Assembly: GCA_963754315.1 (NCBI GenBank)
Contig: CAVWFS010000019.1
Coordinates: forward strand, 128,001-192,000
DNA length: 64,000 nt
Direction of reading: 5' to 3'
DNA from: an uncultured Candidatus Rokubacteria bacterium
GTDB lineage: Bacteria; Methylomirabilota; Methylomirabilia; Rokubacteriales; CSP1-6
Below the pieces are notes generated by a model. It saw nothing but the letters and a program-made list of their open reading frames with translations, ran no database searches and had not been told where the DNA came from. Positions within the stretch are counted from its first letter, which is position 1. The number at the start of each line of letters is the position of its first letter. Positions 1-9,594 of the stretch are shown here, in pieces. Position numbers and translations under genes: made by a program.

Positions 1-53
1 GGGCGGGTCGACCGTCGCACCCCGAATTGACATGGGGAAGTCGGGAGGAGGAC

Positions 54-190
54 GGATCGTCGCACCCCGCGTGAACCGGGGAGGTTTGGAGGTGGATCGT
101 CGCACCCCGCGTGACCGGGGAGGTTTGGAGGCGGATCGTCGCACCCCGCGTGACCGGGGAGGTTTGGAGGGGGCGTCGCGCCCCCTCCAA
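54..190. repeat. Three tandem ~39-40 bp repeats ending in a 12-bp GC-rich palindrome
   Basis: Unit GGATCGTCGCACCCCGCGTGA(A)CCGGGGAGGTTTGGAGG starts at 54, 94 and 133, with a degenerate copy near 12. The last unit runs into TTGGAGGGGGCG-TCG-CGCCCCCTCCAA (164-190). Confidence 0.9.
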
Positions 191-195
191 CATGA

Positions 196-1113
196 ATGAA
201 GCGCTACGTCTCCCGACAGCTCGTCCAGCTCGTCATCGTGATCGTCGGCATCTCGATCCTCTCCTTTGCCATCCTGCACGTCATCGGCGATCCCGTGCTG
301 CTCCTGCTTCCGCAGAACGCCGGCAAGGAGGAGTTCGAGCGGTATCGAAAGCTGCTGGGACTGGATCAGCCGCTCTGGGTCCAGTACTGGAAGTTCGCCA
401 GCAAGGCGGTGCGGGGAGACTTCGGCAAGTCGTGGTACGCCGATACCCCCGCCTTTACGCTCGTCCTCGAACGTATGCCCCCGACCATCTATCTCACTCT
501 GGCGGGTCTGGCGGTCGCTCTCCTTCTCTCCCTTCCCCTCGGAATCACCGCCGCCCTCAACCGGCACTCATTCATCGACAACCTCTGCACGATGATCGCG
601 GTCGCGGGCCAGGCGATGCCCCTCTTCTGGCTCGGGATCATGCTCATCATCATTCTGGCCGTCCAGCTGCGCGTCTTGCCCGCCTCTGGCTACGGAACCT
701 GGCAGCACTTCGTGATGCCCTCCTTCTGTCTGGGGGCGTTTCTGGCCCCGGTGACCATGCGCCTGGTGCGCTCCGGCATCATCGAGGTGATGAGCATGGA
801 GTACATTAAGACGGCGCGCGCCAAAGGGGTCGGCGAGCAGATCGTGGTGGCCAAGCACGCCTTCCGCAACGCATGTATCCCCGTCATCACGGTGCTCGGC
901 ATCCAGTTCGGCCAGCTGCTGGGTGGGGCCATCATCACCGAAACTGTGTTCGCCTGGCCAGGGGTGGCCAGCCTCACCGTGGACTCGATCCGGAACCAGG
1001 ATTTTCCGGTGGTGCAGTGCGCGGTGGTCCTGCTGGCCCTCATCATCGTGGTGGTCAATCTCCTAGTCGACCTCATCGTGGGCGTCATCGACCCGCGCAT
1101 CCGGGTTGGCTGA
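196..1113 (+). CDS. dppB: Peptide/nickel ABC transporter permease (DppB/OppB type)
   Basis: Multiple TM segments; LGLDQPLWVQYW...GDFGKS; EYIKTARAKG EAA loop; ITETVFAWPGV. Confidence 0.9.
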   Translation: MKRYVSRQLVQLVIVIVGISILSFAILHVIGDPVLLLLPQNAGKEEFERYRKLLGLDQPLWVQYWKFASKAVRGDFGKSWYADTPAFTLVLERMPPTIYLTLAGLAVALLLSLPLGITAALNRHSFIDNLCTMIAVAGQAMPLFWLGIMLIIILAVQLRVLPASGYGTWQHFVMPSFCLGAFLAPVTMRLVRSGIIEVMSMEYIKTARAKGVGEQIVVAKHAFRNACIPVITVLGIQFGQLLGGAIITETVFAWPGVASLTVDSIRNQDFPVVQCAVVLLALIIVVVNLLVDLIVGVIDPRIRVG

Positions 1114-2024
1114 TGAGCTCCACCGAGCTCACCCTGAAGCAGACGCCGTCTAGCACCGCGGCCGACCCGGAGACGGCGCGCGCATCCTGGCGCCGGCTGT
1201 GGCGACTGAAATGGGGACTGGGGGCCGCCCTGGCCATGGGGTTCATCGTCGCGGTCACCATCCTCGCCCCCTGGGTCGCACCCCACGATCCGATCGCCGT
1301 CGACATCCGCCACCGCCTGGCCCCCCCGGCCTGGATGGCCAGGGGCACAGCGGATCACCCGCTCGGGACCGATCAGGTAGGCCGCGATCTCCTGTCGCGC
1401 GTGATCTATGGCGGTCGCGTGTCCCTGGTGGTCGGGGTGGCGGCGGTATTGATCTCCGCCTCCATCGGAGTGCTCCTGGGACTGACTGCCGGGTACTTCG
1501 GGGAATCCACCGACTGGACGATCATGACGCTCGTCAACGTCATGCTGACGTTCCCCTTCGTGCTCCTCGCCCTCGCCGTGATCGCCGTACTCGGACCGAG
1601 CTTGCTCAACATGATCATCGTGCTCGGGGTGGCTGACTGGCCTCTCTACACGCGCGTCATTCGGGCGGAAACCCTCTCGATCCGCGAGCGCGATTTCGTG
1701 GTGGCCGGGCGAGCTCTCGGCATGAGCCACGCTCGGTTGGTGTTTCGACAAATCCTTCCGAATCTCGTGTCGGCCATCGTGGTCATCGCGACCTTGCAAG
1801 TGGCGCGCGTCATCATCCTCGAATCATTTCTGTCGTTCCTGGGCCTCGGTGTCCAGCCTCCTACGCCTGCCTGGGGCAACATGCTCGGGGAGGGCCGCGT
1901 GTACATGCTCAATTCCTGGTGGATCGCGGCCTTTCCAGGGCTGGCCATCTTCGTGACAACCCTCTCCATCAACCTGATGGGCAATGCCCTCCGCGACTGG
2001 CTCGACCCGCACTTGAAGCTCTGA
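1113..2024 (+). CDS. dppC: Peptide ABC transporter permease (DppC/OppC type)
   Basis: ATG overlaps the dppB stop (TGATG); HPLGTDQVGRDLLSRVIYGGRVSL; ESFLSFLGLGVQPPTPAWGNM. Confidence 0.9.
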   Translation: MSSTELTLKQTPSSTAADPETARASWRRLWRLKWGLGAALAMGFIVAVTILAPWVAPHDPIAVDIRHRLAPPAWMARGTADHPLGTDQVGRDLLSRVIYGGRVSLVVGVAAVLISASIGVLLGLTAGYFGESTDWTIMTLVNVMLTFPFVLLALAVIAVLGPSLLNMIIVLGVADWPLYTRVIRAETLSIRERDFVVAGRALGMSHARLVFRQILPNLVSAIVVIATLQVARVIILESFLSFLGLGVQPPTPAWGNMLGEGRVYMLNSWWIAAFPGLAIFVTTLSINLMGNALRDWLDPHLKL

Positions 2025-2171
2025 GGAAGGCGGGGGATCTCGCTGCGGGGCAGGGCGTCGCGGTCGGCGATCGACTTGCGGCAGACATACATCGTCAGCG
2101 ACGCCAGGAGACGAAGACGTGGTGAGAAGCCAGCGCTCGGTGATAGCCTTTACCGTTCCGACCGGTAAGAG

Positions 2172-3944
2172 GTGCACCCGAGACTGCGTTGGACGATGAG
2201 TGGGCTTGCCGCGGCGGTGGCGATCGGCGCTGTTGTGACTCTCTCAACCGAGGTGCTTAGCCTGTCCGGGGGCCTCACTCGTCAAAACGTGACATTGGTC
2301 TGGCTCGCCATCGCCGTCATCGCGGTGGTGCTTCTCTGGCGGCAGCGCACCTGTCTCAGCAGGCCAAGCCTGCCGACCAGACGAATCGACCGCGTGTTGA
2401 TGGGGGGCGTCGCCGTTCTCGTCGCGGTACTCGGTTGCGTCGCGCTCGTCGTGCCGCCCAATACCTGGGACGCCCTCGTCTACCACGTGCCGCGCGTCAT
2501 GCACTGGGCACAACAGGGCAGCGTAGCCCACTACGATACGGCCATTGCCCGACAGCTGTACCAGCCGCCGGGCGCTAGCTTCGTCCTCCTGCATCTCTAT
2601 CTCCTCGCCCAGGGTGATCGGCTCAGCAACCTTGTGCAATGGACCAGTATGATCGGAGCCTTGGCCGGAGTGGCGGTGCTCACCGCTCGCCTCGGGGGGG
2701 GCGGGCGGGCTCAAGTGCTCGCCGTGGTCGTGGCGGCCACCATCCCCATCGGCGTACTGCAGGCAACGACGACGCAGAACGACTACGTCGGGGCATTCTG
2801 GCTCATCTGTCTGGCCGAGTTCGTCGTGGCCCGCCGAGGGCCGGTGCCGGTGGGCGCCGCGCTCGGCCTGGCGCTGCTGACCAAGGGGACCTCCTACGCC
2901 TTCGCGGCTCCGTACGTCGCGTGGTGGGCCGTTGAACGGTCCGTCCGCGAACGATGGCGCGCCGCGCCAGCCATCGCACTGGTCGGGCTCCTGGCGGTCG
3001 GGCTCAACGCCGGCCACTACACCCGCAACCTGAAATGGTTCGGCGCACCCCTTGGGCCAGGAAGCGACGGTCCCTTCGTGTATGCGAACGAGCGCATTGG
3101 CATCCTGCCGACCCTCTCGGTCGCGGCACGCAACGTTGCCTTGCAGATTGCAACACCGTGGCCGCGCGTTAACGCGAGCCTGACGGCCGCGACAACCGTA
3201 CTGCACAAGTGGGCTCGACTCAGCGTCGACGACCCCGCGACCACCTGGTACGGGACGCGCTTTGTGGTCGGGCCGATCCGCCTTCACGAAGACCTCATGC
3301 CTAACGGCGTCCATCTTGTCCTCATGGCGGTGTCGGTTGCCGCCGTTCTCCTCCGGCGCCGACCAGGCCGGTTGGTGATCTACTCCCTGGCTCTCGTCGC
3401 TGCCTTCCTGGCGTTCTCCGCGGTGTTCCGCTGGCAACCCTGGCACACGCGCCTCGAGCTGCCGCTGTTTGTGCTCGGCGCACCCGTCGCCGGTCTCATG
3501 ATGGAGCGCCGGAGAATCATTGGGCAGGTCACGGCCGCTGGCCTGCTCGGGCTGGCGATGCTCGTGCTCATATGGAACGAATCGCGGCCGTTGCTTGGCA
3601 AACGCAGCGTGTTCCGTGCCGATCGAGTTGCTCAGATGTTTGGGATCCGGCGCGACTTGGAGGCGCCCTACCGAGCGGCGGTGGCCAGGCTCACGGAGTT
3701 AGGCTGTCAAAGGTTCATGGTATGGCTTTCGATGGACGCGGCAGAATACCCGTTGTGGGTGTTGACCGGCGCCCCGTGGAGCGGAGTGCGGATCGAGCAT
3801 TTCAAGGTGACGCCTCCCAGTGCCCCGTGCGCCGTGTTCACCGCGTCCGACTCTGATGCCCCGGCGAGCTTGGCCATCGCCGGGGTGAACTACCGACGCG
3901 AAGTGTGGATACCCCCGGCTGTGCTCTACGTGTCAGGGCCTTGA
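2172..3944 (+). CDS. Polytopic membrane glycosyltransferase, GT-C fold (ArnT/PMT-like)
   Basis: Many TM helices; PPNTWDALVYHVPR acidic first-loop motif; TTQNDY; ALLTKGT; WQPWHTR. Confidence 0.65.
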   Translation: MHPRLRWTMSGLAAAVAIGAVVTLSTEVLSLSGGLTRQNVTLVWLAIAVIAVVLLWRQRTCLSRPSLPTRRIDRVLMGGVAVLVAVLGCVALVVPPNTWDALVYHVPRVMHWAQQGSVAHYDTAIARQLYQPPGASFVLLHLYLLAQGDRLSNLVQWTSMIGALAGVAVLTARLGGGGRAQVLAVVVAATIPIGVLQATTTQNDYVGAFWLICLAEFVVARRGPVPVGAALGLALLTKGTSYAFAAPYVAWWAVERSVRERWRAAPAIALVGLLAVGLNAGHYTRNLKWFGAPLGPGSDGPFVYANERIGILPTLSVAARNVALQIATPWPRVNASLTAATTVLHKWARLSVDDPATTWYGTRFVVGPIRLHEDLMPNGVHLVLMAVSVAAVLLRRRPGRLVIYSLALVAAFLAFSAVFRWQPWHTRLELPLFVLGAPVAGLMMERRRIIGQVTAAGLLGLAMLVLIWNESRPLLGKRSVFRADRVAQMFGIRRDLEAPYRAAVARLTELGCQRFMVWLSMDAAEYPLWVLTGAPWSGVRIEHFKVTPPSAPCAVFTASDSDAPASLAIAGVNYRREVWIPPAVLYVSGP

Positions 3945-4025
3945 AGTGATTCGCCATCGACACCACTGGCCATGATCAACGTCTATGGATCGCGGTCTTT
4001 CTAGCTGGTCCGCTCCGTGGCGACG

Positions 4026-5984
4026 TCATTTGGATTGAAGTCCGACGGTAACCTGAAAGCGGAGTCGATCCCGTGGATCGCGGCTGATCCATTCCGCCTG
4101 GCCCCTCGTCACCGATACCAGACCAACCTCGAGAAGGTACATCCCCCTCTCCGATGGGGAGGAGAGGGTGAGCGGGAACTCGTATGACCTGCGCGGGAAC
4201 ACGTCGTGGTTAAGGTGGACCACGCTTGGCGAAGGCGTTGGCGGGGACCATCCCACCCAGCGCCAGCCGAGCATGATCTGCCCTCGGCGGGCACTCGAAA
4301 TCCAGATTGCCTCCCCCTTGTTGGTCACGCGAAGGGTCAGCGCGATTTCCGCGCCGGGGTCAGTGACGGTGGGTGGCATCTGCGTGACCTCGTAGGACGG
4401 CATGACGCGGGCGGGGTCGGACCCACTCGTTGGCCAGAGGTGGAGAGCGGCGGCGACACGCGCGGAGAGATCGGTCACGGTGTTGGCGAGAGGATTATCT
4501 GTCCAAGACCAAAGTCGGTCCGGATAGCGGTTGACATCTGGGAACCAGTTCCACCGACCGTCCTGCCAGAATGCACCTGCTGCGTGCGCAAAGATCGACC
4601 ACGCAACGAGCAGACCGAGCAGGGCACGAGGCCAGGGACGAACGAACCACCGCTGGAGAGGACAGAGCAGCAGCGCAAGGATGGGCGATAGGTCGGCAAG
4701 CATCCGAGGTCCGTAGCTGTATCCGCCCCACCACATGATCCATCGGCTGTAGAGCGCGATGTTGAGAATCGCTCCCAGGCTCATTGCCCGCAGAAGAGCG
4801 TCTCCTCCTCGGCGCCATGCCTGAGCTGCGCCCAGAAGGGATAGAAGGAAGACTGGCGAATACACGAAGAGACCTCGAGCCGGGCTGAGCAGAGTACCGG
4901 CCAGCCCGGCCAGAAGAGGTGTACTCCAATGGCCAGGGTCGGCCGGAGAGAACTGAGTGCGGAAGGGATCACCGAAGTAGGCCCAGGTGTACCAGAAATG
5001 GAATGCGATCGGCGGTAGACCGCTCGCGATGACGCCTGGAAACGAGCGCGGGTGATAGATCAGCGCGTAGAGGCCCAAGGGGAGGGCGAAGAGGACATCT
5101 GTGGGCCGGCAGATGACCGAAAACGCCATCGGGAGCCCCGCCAGCGCGACCCAGCCGGGTTCATGGCGCCCACGTGCGAGGCAGTAGAGTGAGGCCGTGA
5201 TGGCGAGCTGGCTGGGGCCATGCTGCCACAATCCCTGGCTGCTGGTGCTGAGGCTGCTGCTTCCGAGTGCGTACACGGCCGCCACCACAATCGCCCAGCT
5301 CCGGGAGCTCAGTCGGCAGGCGACGAGAAAGACGAGCGCCACTGACACGGCTACGATGAGGGCGGCCGCGAGCTTCTCGATCTGGGCCACGAAACCACTC
5401 GTCGCGGTCACGTGGCCCAGAGCGGAAGGGACATAGACTGGGATGGCCAACAGGGGAGCACCCACCGGATAGTTCGAGACGTAGTGGCCACGCACGTAAC
5501 TCAGAAAATAGGAAATTCCTTCCGCGTGCAGGAAATCGAACTCGTCGAGGTCGAAGTTACCCTCCCGCAGGAGACTCAGGGGAAGGTAGCGGGCCGGGAG
5601 CGTGTCTCCGATTGTTTGGATTGAACCATTGGCGAGGTACACGATCAGGGAGCATGCCAAGAGAGCAACGCCCTCGTGGCCGGCAAAGACATCGAAACGG
5701 AGGCGGCGATGGCGAAGCGGGTACGCAGCCAGGATGAGAACCATGAGCGCGATCACAGGAGGGACGAGCTTAGATCCTTGGATCGAGATGCCCAGTATCC
5801 GGTACCGGGAGCCACCCCAGAAGAGGATCAGGAGGATGTGAAGGGATAGCACGGTGATGAGTCCACGGTGGAGCCAGACCAAAACGTCCCAGAGAAGGTC
5901 CTGAGTGTGCGTGGAGCGCTCTCCTGCTCTGCATCTCTGTCCCGATCGGCCGAGCATGCCCCCGACAATAGGAAGTCGCCTCAT
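4026..5984 (-). CDS. Polytopic membrane GT-C-like glycosyltransferase with a C-terminal Ig-like beta domain (start uncertain, 5984 or 5957)
   Basis: GDTLPARYLP, SNYPVGAPLLA, SQGLWQHGP, LSPARGLFVYSP, WWGGYSYGPR; C-terminal LRVTNKGEAIW...GMYLLEVGLV. The ORF-track extension to 6737 is antisense to the GT2. Confidence 0.65.
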   Translation of the reverse strand: MRRLPIVGGMLGRSGQRCRAGERSTHTQDLLWDVLVWLHRGLITVLSLHILLILFWGGSRYRILGISIQGSKLVPPVIALMVLILAAYPLRHRRLRFDVFAGHEGVALLACSLIVYLANGSIQTIGDTLPARYLPLSLLREGNFDLDEFDFLHAEGISYFLSYVRGHYVSNYPVGAPLLAIPVYVPSALGHVTATSGFVAQIEKLAAALIVAVSVALVFLVACRLSSRSWAIVVAAVYALGSSSLSTSSQGLWQHGPSQLAITASLYCLARGRHEPGWVALAGLPMAFSVICRPTDVLFALPLGLYALIYHPRSFPGVIASGLPPIAFHFWYTWAYFGDPFRTQFSPADPGHWSTPLLAGLAGTLLSPARGLFVYSPVFLLSLLGAAQAWRRGGDALLRAMSLGAILNIALYSRWIMWWGGYSYGPRMLADLSPILALLLCPLQRWFVRPWPRALLGLLVAWSIFAHAAGAFWQDGRWNWFPDVNRYPDRLWSWTDNPLANTVTDLSARVAAALHLWPTSGSDPARVMPSYEVTQMPPTVTDPGAEIALTLRVTNKGEAIWISSARRGQIMLGWRWVGWSPPTPSPSVVHLNHDVFPRRSYEFPLTLSSPSERGMYLLEVGLVSVTRGQAEWISRDPRDRLRFQVTVGLQSK

Positions 5985-6059
5985 CCGATGCAACCTCAAC
6001 GGCAATGTTGGTGATCGCGGGGCTCGACACGACAACCACCTCGTGGTTGTATATTGTCG

Positions 6060-6764
6060 ATGATCGACCCTCGCGTCTCCATTGTCATTCCCGCTTACAA
6101 CGAGGCCTCGACCATCGGCGAGATCATCGTGCGCGTGCGGGCCGCTCCTCTCCCCTTCCCCCGTGAGATCGTCGTGGTCGACGACGCCTCTCACGACCAG
6201 ACGCCGAGCATTGTCGAGAAGCTGATCGCAGAGGGCGGTAACGACCTTCGCCTCGTTCGTCACCCGATCAACCGCGGGAAGGGAGCGGCCTTGCGCACCG
6301 GGCTCGGTGAAGCGCACGGGGACATCATCATCGTTCAGGATGCGGATCTCGAGTATGACCCCCGCGACTATCCCGCCTTGCTGGAACCGATCCTGGACGG
6401 AGATGCCGACGTGGTCTTCGGCAATCGCTTCCATGGTGGCCCCCACCGAGTCCTCTACTTCTGGCACTATCTCGCCAACAAAGGCCTTACCTTCATGACC
6501 AACGTGTTGACGGGTCTGAATCTCTCCGACATCGAGGTCGGCTACAAGGTCCTGCGGGCCGACGTGGTCCGCCGTCTTTCCCTCACCGCCGAACGGTTCG
6601 GCATCGAACCCGAGCTCACCATCAAGGTGGCCCGGCTGGGCGTGCGGGTCTACGAAGTTCCCATCCGCTATCACGGCCGCACCTACATCGAAGGAAAGAA
6701 GATCACCTGGCGGGACGGCGTGGCCGCCGTGTATCACATCATCCGCTACCGATTCTTCCCGTGA
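6060..6764 (+). CDS. Glycosyltransferase family 2 (polyprenol-phosphate glycosyltransferase/DPM1-like)
   Basis: SIVIPAYNE, VVDDASHD, NRGKGAALRTG, QDADLEYDP, EVPIRYHGRTYIEGKKI. Confidence 0.9.
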   Translation: MIDPRVSIVIPAYNEASTIGEIIVRVRAAPLPFPREIVVVDDASHDQTPSIVEKLIAEGGNDLRLVRHPINRGKGAALRTGLGEAHGDIIIVQDADLEYDPRDYPALLEPILDGDADVVFGNRFHGGPHRVLYFWHYLANKGLTFMTNVLTGLNLSDIEVGYKVLRADVVRRLSLTAERFGIEPELTIKVARLGVRVYEVPIRYHGRTYIEGKKITWRDGVAAVYHIIRYRFFP

Positions 6765-6837
6765 GCAGGCGGCCGTTTGCAGTGAGACTCTCCTGCATTT
6801 ACACTAACCGTCGCTCTCGTCAGCATCAGGAGGTCGC

Positions 6838-8310
6838 GTGCGCATTTTCCTGGCCATGGTCTCTCACGAGACCAACACGTTCAGCACCATCCCCACGGAT
6901 CGCGGGCAATTCGAGGCCCGTGATCTTCGTTACGGTGGCGAGATTCTGGAGGCCTACCGGGGCACCGGTACCTGTCTGGGAGGGATGATCGCGGTGGCCG
7001 AGCAGCGTGGGTTCACTCTCCTGCCGTCGGTCGCGGCATCCGCCTCGCCGGCCGGCCGGGTGACCCAGGATATCTACCAGGCAGTAAAGGACCGGGTTCT
7101 GGCCGACCTGAGGGCGGCCGGCCCCCTCGACGGGGTCCTGCTCGATCTGCACGGGGCCATGGTGCCCGAAGACCTGGATGACGGTGAGGGCGATCTGCTG
7201 GCCGCTGTGCGTCGCACGGCCGGGCCGGCCTTGCCGGTGGCGGTAACCCTTGACTTCCACGCCAATGTCACCGCGGCCATGGTCCGTCACGCGACTCTCC
7301 TGCACGGTTACAAGACGTATCCGCACGTAGACATGGCGGAGCGGGGCCGAGAGGCGGCTGAGCGGCTCCTCGACGTGATTCATGGGCGCCTGCGGCCAGC
7401 AGTGGCCCTGCGCCAGCCGCCTCTACTGCCTCCGATCGCGGGCCAGCTCACGACACGGGGTCCCATGCGGCGTCTCTCGGACATGGCCGCCGAACTCGAG
7501 CAGCGTCCGGGGGTCGTTTCGATCTCCGTCTTCGCCGGGTTTCCCCTCGCAGACATTTACGACGCGGGTCTCAGCGTCTACGTGGTCGCCGACGGAAACC
7601 AGAGCCTGGCCGACGAGTGCGCGGACCAGCTGGTCGCCGCGGCCTGGGAGCTTCGACGCGAGTTCATTCACCACGCATCGCCGGTGCCGGAGGCGGTAGC
7701 TGCCGCCCTCGCACAGTCCAGCCACGGCCGCCCGGTCGTCCTGGCCGACATTGCCGATAACACGGGTGGGGGCGCGGCCGGCGATACAACGGAAGTTCTT
7801 CGTGAGCTCTTACGGGTGGGGGCGCGCGGCACCACCGTCGCCTGTCTGTGGGACCCGGGTAGTGTACAGGCCTGCCTGCAGGCGGGAGTGGGAGCGACCA
7901 TCACCGTGTCGATAGGCGGCAAGATCGATCCGAGTCATGGTGCTCCCCTGAAGGTGACCGGCCGAGTGCGTACCCTGTCGGATGGGCGTTTCATCCACCA
8001 GGGCCCGATGCTTCGGGGCGTGGAGGGCCGGCTGGGGCCCACCGCCGTCCTCGACGTCGAAGACGTGAAGATCATCCTGATCTCACGGCGCTGGCAAACG
8101 CTCGACCCCGAGATGATACGCTTCGTGGGTATCGATCCCGTGCGCGAGCGCATCCTTGCCGTGAAATCAACGATTCACTATCGGGCCGCGTTCGAGCCCC
8201 TCGCCCATGCCATCATCGAGGTCGACGCGCCAGGACTGTCGTCCTCCAACCTGACGCGCTTCCAGTTCAAGAACGTCCGACGCCCGATCTTCCCTCTCGA
8301 CGAGATGTGA
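6838..8310 (+). CDS. M81 family metallopeptidase (MlrC-like)
   Basis: HETNTFS, LDLHGAM, LDFHAN, YKTYPHVD, ADIADNTGGG, VKSTIHYRAAF. Confidence 0.88.
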   Translation: MRIFLAMVSHETNTFSTIPTDRGQFEARDLRYGGEILEAYRGTGTCLGGMIAVAEQRGFTLLPSVAASASPAGRVTQDIYQAVKDRVLADLRAAGPLDGVLLDLHGAMVPEDLDDGEGDLLAAVRRTAGPALPVAVTLDFHANVTAAMVRHATLLHGYKTYPHVDMAERGREAAERLLDVIHGRLRPAVALRQPPLLPPIAGQLTTRGPMRRLSDMAAELEQRPGVVSISVFAGFPLADIYDAGLSVYVVADGNQSLADECADQLVAAAWELRREFIHHASPVPEAVAAALAQSSHGRPVVLADIADNTGGGAAGDTTEVLRELLRVGARGTTVACLWDPGSVQACLQAGVGATITVSIGGKIDPSHGAPLKVTGRVRTLSDGRFIHQGPMLRGVEGRLGPTAVLDVEDVKIILISRRWQTLDPEMIRFVGIDPVRERILAVKSTIHYRAAFEPLAHAIIEVDAPGLSSSNLTRFQFKNVRRPIFPLDEM

Positions 8311-8337
8311 GGACCCTGGCCGCCTAGGAGACGACGT

Positions 8338-8967
8338 ATGCCGTCCACAGCCTTCGGCGCCACCGACTTCAAGGTGTTTGACGTGGCAGGTTTCAACTCT
8401 CGCATGAGCGAGATCCGTTCGCGGATCCGCCCCAAGCTCGAGATCCTGGGTCAGCGACTCTTGCCGGAAGTGAGCCGGGCCATCGGGGCCGAGGCATTCC
8501 CGCACGTCGCCAGGCACGCGCGGCGCACGGTGAATCCACCGGACGACACCTGGGTGGCCTTCGCCCCGGACAAGCGAGGGTACAAGAAGCACTGCCACTT
8601 CAAGGTGGCTATTTCCCGCAACGCCATGCGGTTTCTCTTCGAGGTCGGCCCTGAGCACGCCGACAAGAAGCGGTGGGTGGCCGCATGGAAGAAGAACGCC
8701 CCCAGGCTTGGCCCAGTGCTCAAGCGCATGAACGGCATGGCGGTCTTTACGAATGAGCACGACGAGAAGCCGGCCGCCTTGCTGGCCGATCTGTCGGTGG
8801 ATGAGTTGGGAGCCCTCGGCGAAGAGGTCCTGCGCACGCGCGACGGTCAATTCGTGTTGGGACGGATGGTACCCGCCGCGGAGGCGGGCCGGTGGACGGA
8901 GGCTCAGTACCGCGTGGCGGCTCTGGAGACGCTTCGCGCACTGTCCCCGCTCTATCGGCTCCATTGA
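8338..8967 (+). CDS. DUF1054/YktB family protein
   Basis: PHVARHARRTVNPPDDTWVAF and RGYKKHCHF resemble YktB; RBS AGGAG upstream. Confidence 0.75.
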   Translation: MPSTAFGATDFKVFDVAGFNSRMSEIRSRIRPKLEILGQRLLPEVSRAIGAEAFPHVARHARRTVNPPDDTWVAFAPDKRGYKKHCHFKVAISRNAMRFLFEVGPEHADKKRWVAAWKKNAPRLGPVLKRMNGMAVFTNEHDEKPAALLADLSVDELGALGEEVLRTRDGQFVLGRMVPAAEAGRWTEAQYRVAALETLRALSPLYRLH

Positions 8968-8979
8968 GCGGCCCTCAGC

Positions 8980-9594
8980 ATGGCCATGGCCCGCGTGAGC
9001 TCGCCCGACTTCTGGCAAGAGCTCTACGAGCGGGGAGGAGACGGCTGGGAGCTCGGTGGGCCCGCGCCGCCTCTGGTGAACTTCATCGAAACCACACCGC
9101 CTCCACGCGGACGGGTGGCCGTTCTCGGCTGTGGCCGCGGTCACGACGCCCGCTACCTGGCGCGCCACGGGTACGAGACCGTGGGCTTCGACTTCTCGAC
9201 GGCGGCCCTCGACCAAGCGCGTGCCTTGGCCGAGCGGGAGGGGGTCGCGGTCACGTTCTCCCAGCGCGACATCCTGGCCCTCGGCCGCGAGCGTGGCGTC
9301 GCGTTCGATGGTGTGTGGGAGTACACCTGCTTCTGCGCGATCGACCCACGGCGCCGGCCCGAGTATGTCGCGACGCTCAAGACGATCCTGAAGCCCGGAG
9401 GCTGGTTGCTCGCGTGTTTCTATCCGATCCGGCGGGGTGGAGCAGGCCCGCCGTTCCCCGTGGCCAGGGGCGAAGTACGGCAGCTTCTTCGCTCGTCTTT
9501 CCGAATCGAGCGCGCGTTTACACCGTCGCGCTCCGTACCGCGTCGGCAGGGACAGGAGTGGATGATGATGGCCCGAAGGATCGGAGGACCATGA
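8980..9594 (+). CDS. SAM-dependent methyltransferase, thiopurine/thiol-halide (TPMT-like)
   Basis: FWQELY...WELGGPAPPL, VLGCGRGHDA, EYTCFCAIDP, GPPF. Confidence 0.85.
   Translation: MAMARVSSPDFWQELYERGGDGWELGGPAPPLVNFIETTPPPRGRVAVLGCGRGHDARYLARHGYETVGFDFSTAALDQARALAEREGVAVTFSQRDILALGRERGVAFDGVWEYTCFCAIDPRRRPEYVATLKTILKPGGWLLACFYPIRRGGAGPPFPVARGEVRQLLRSSFRIERAFTPSRSVPRRQGQEWMMMARRIGGP

Noticed and set aside
54..190. Possible CRISPR array
   Set aside because: The units are contiguous with no unique spacers, and there are no cas1/cas2 genes in the window.
4026..6737. 903-aa ORF
   Set aside because: The first ~250 codons are the antisense shadow of the GT2 gene; the real protein starts near 5984 or 5957.
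8892..9590. N-terminal extension of the ParB-like ORF (530 aa)
   Set aside because: It overlaps the methyltransferase gene out of frame; the RBS and ATG at 9591 define the real start.
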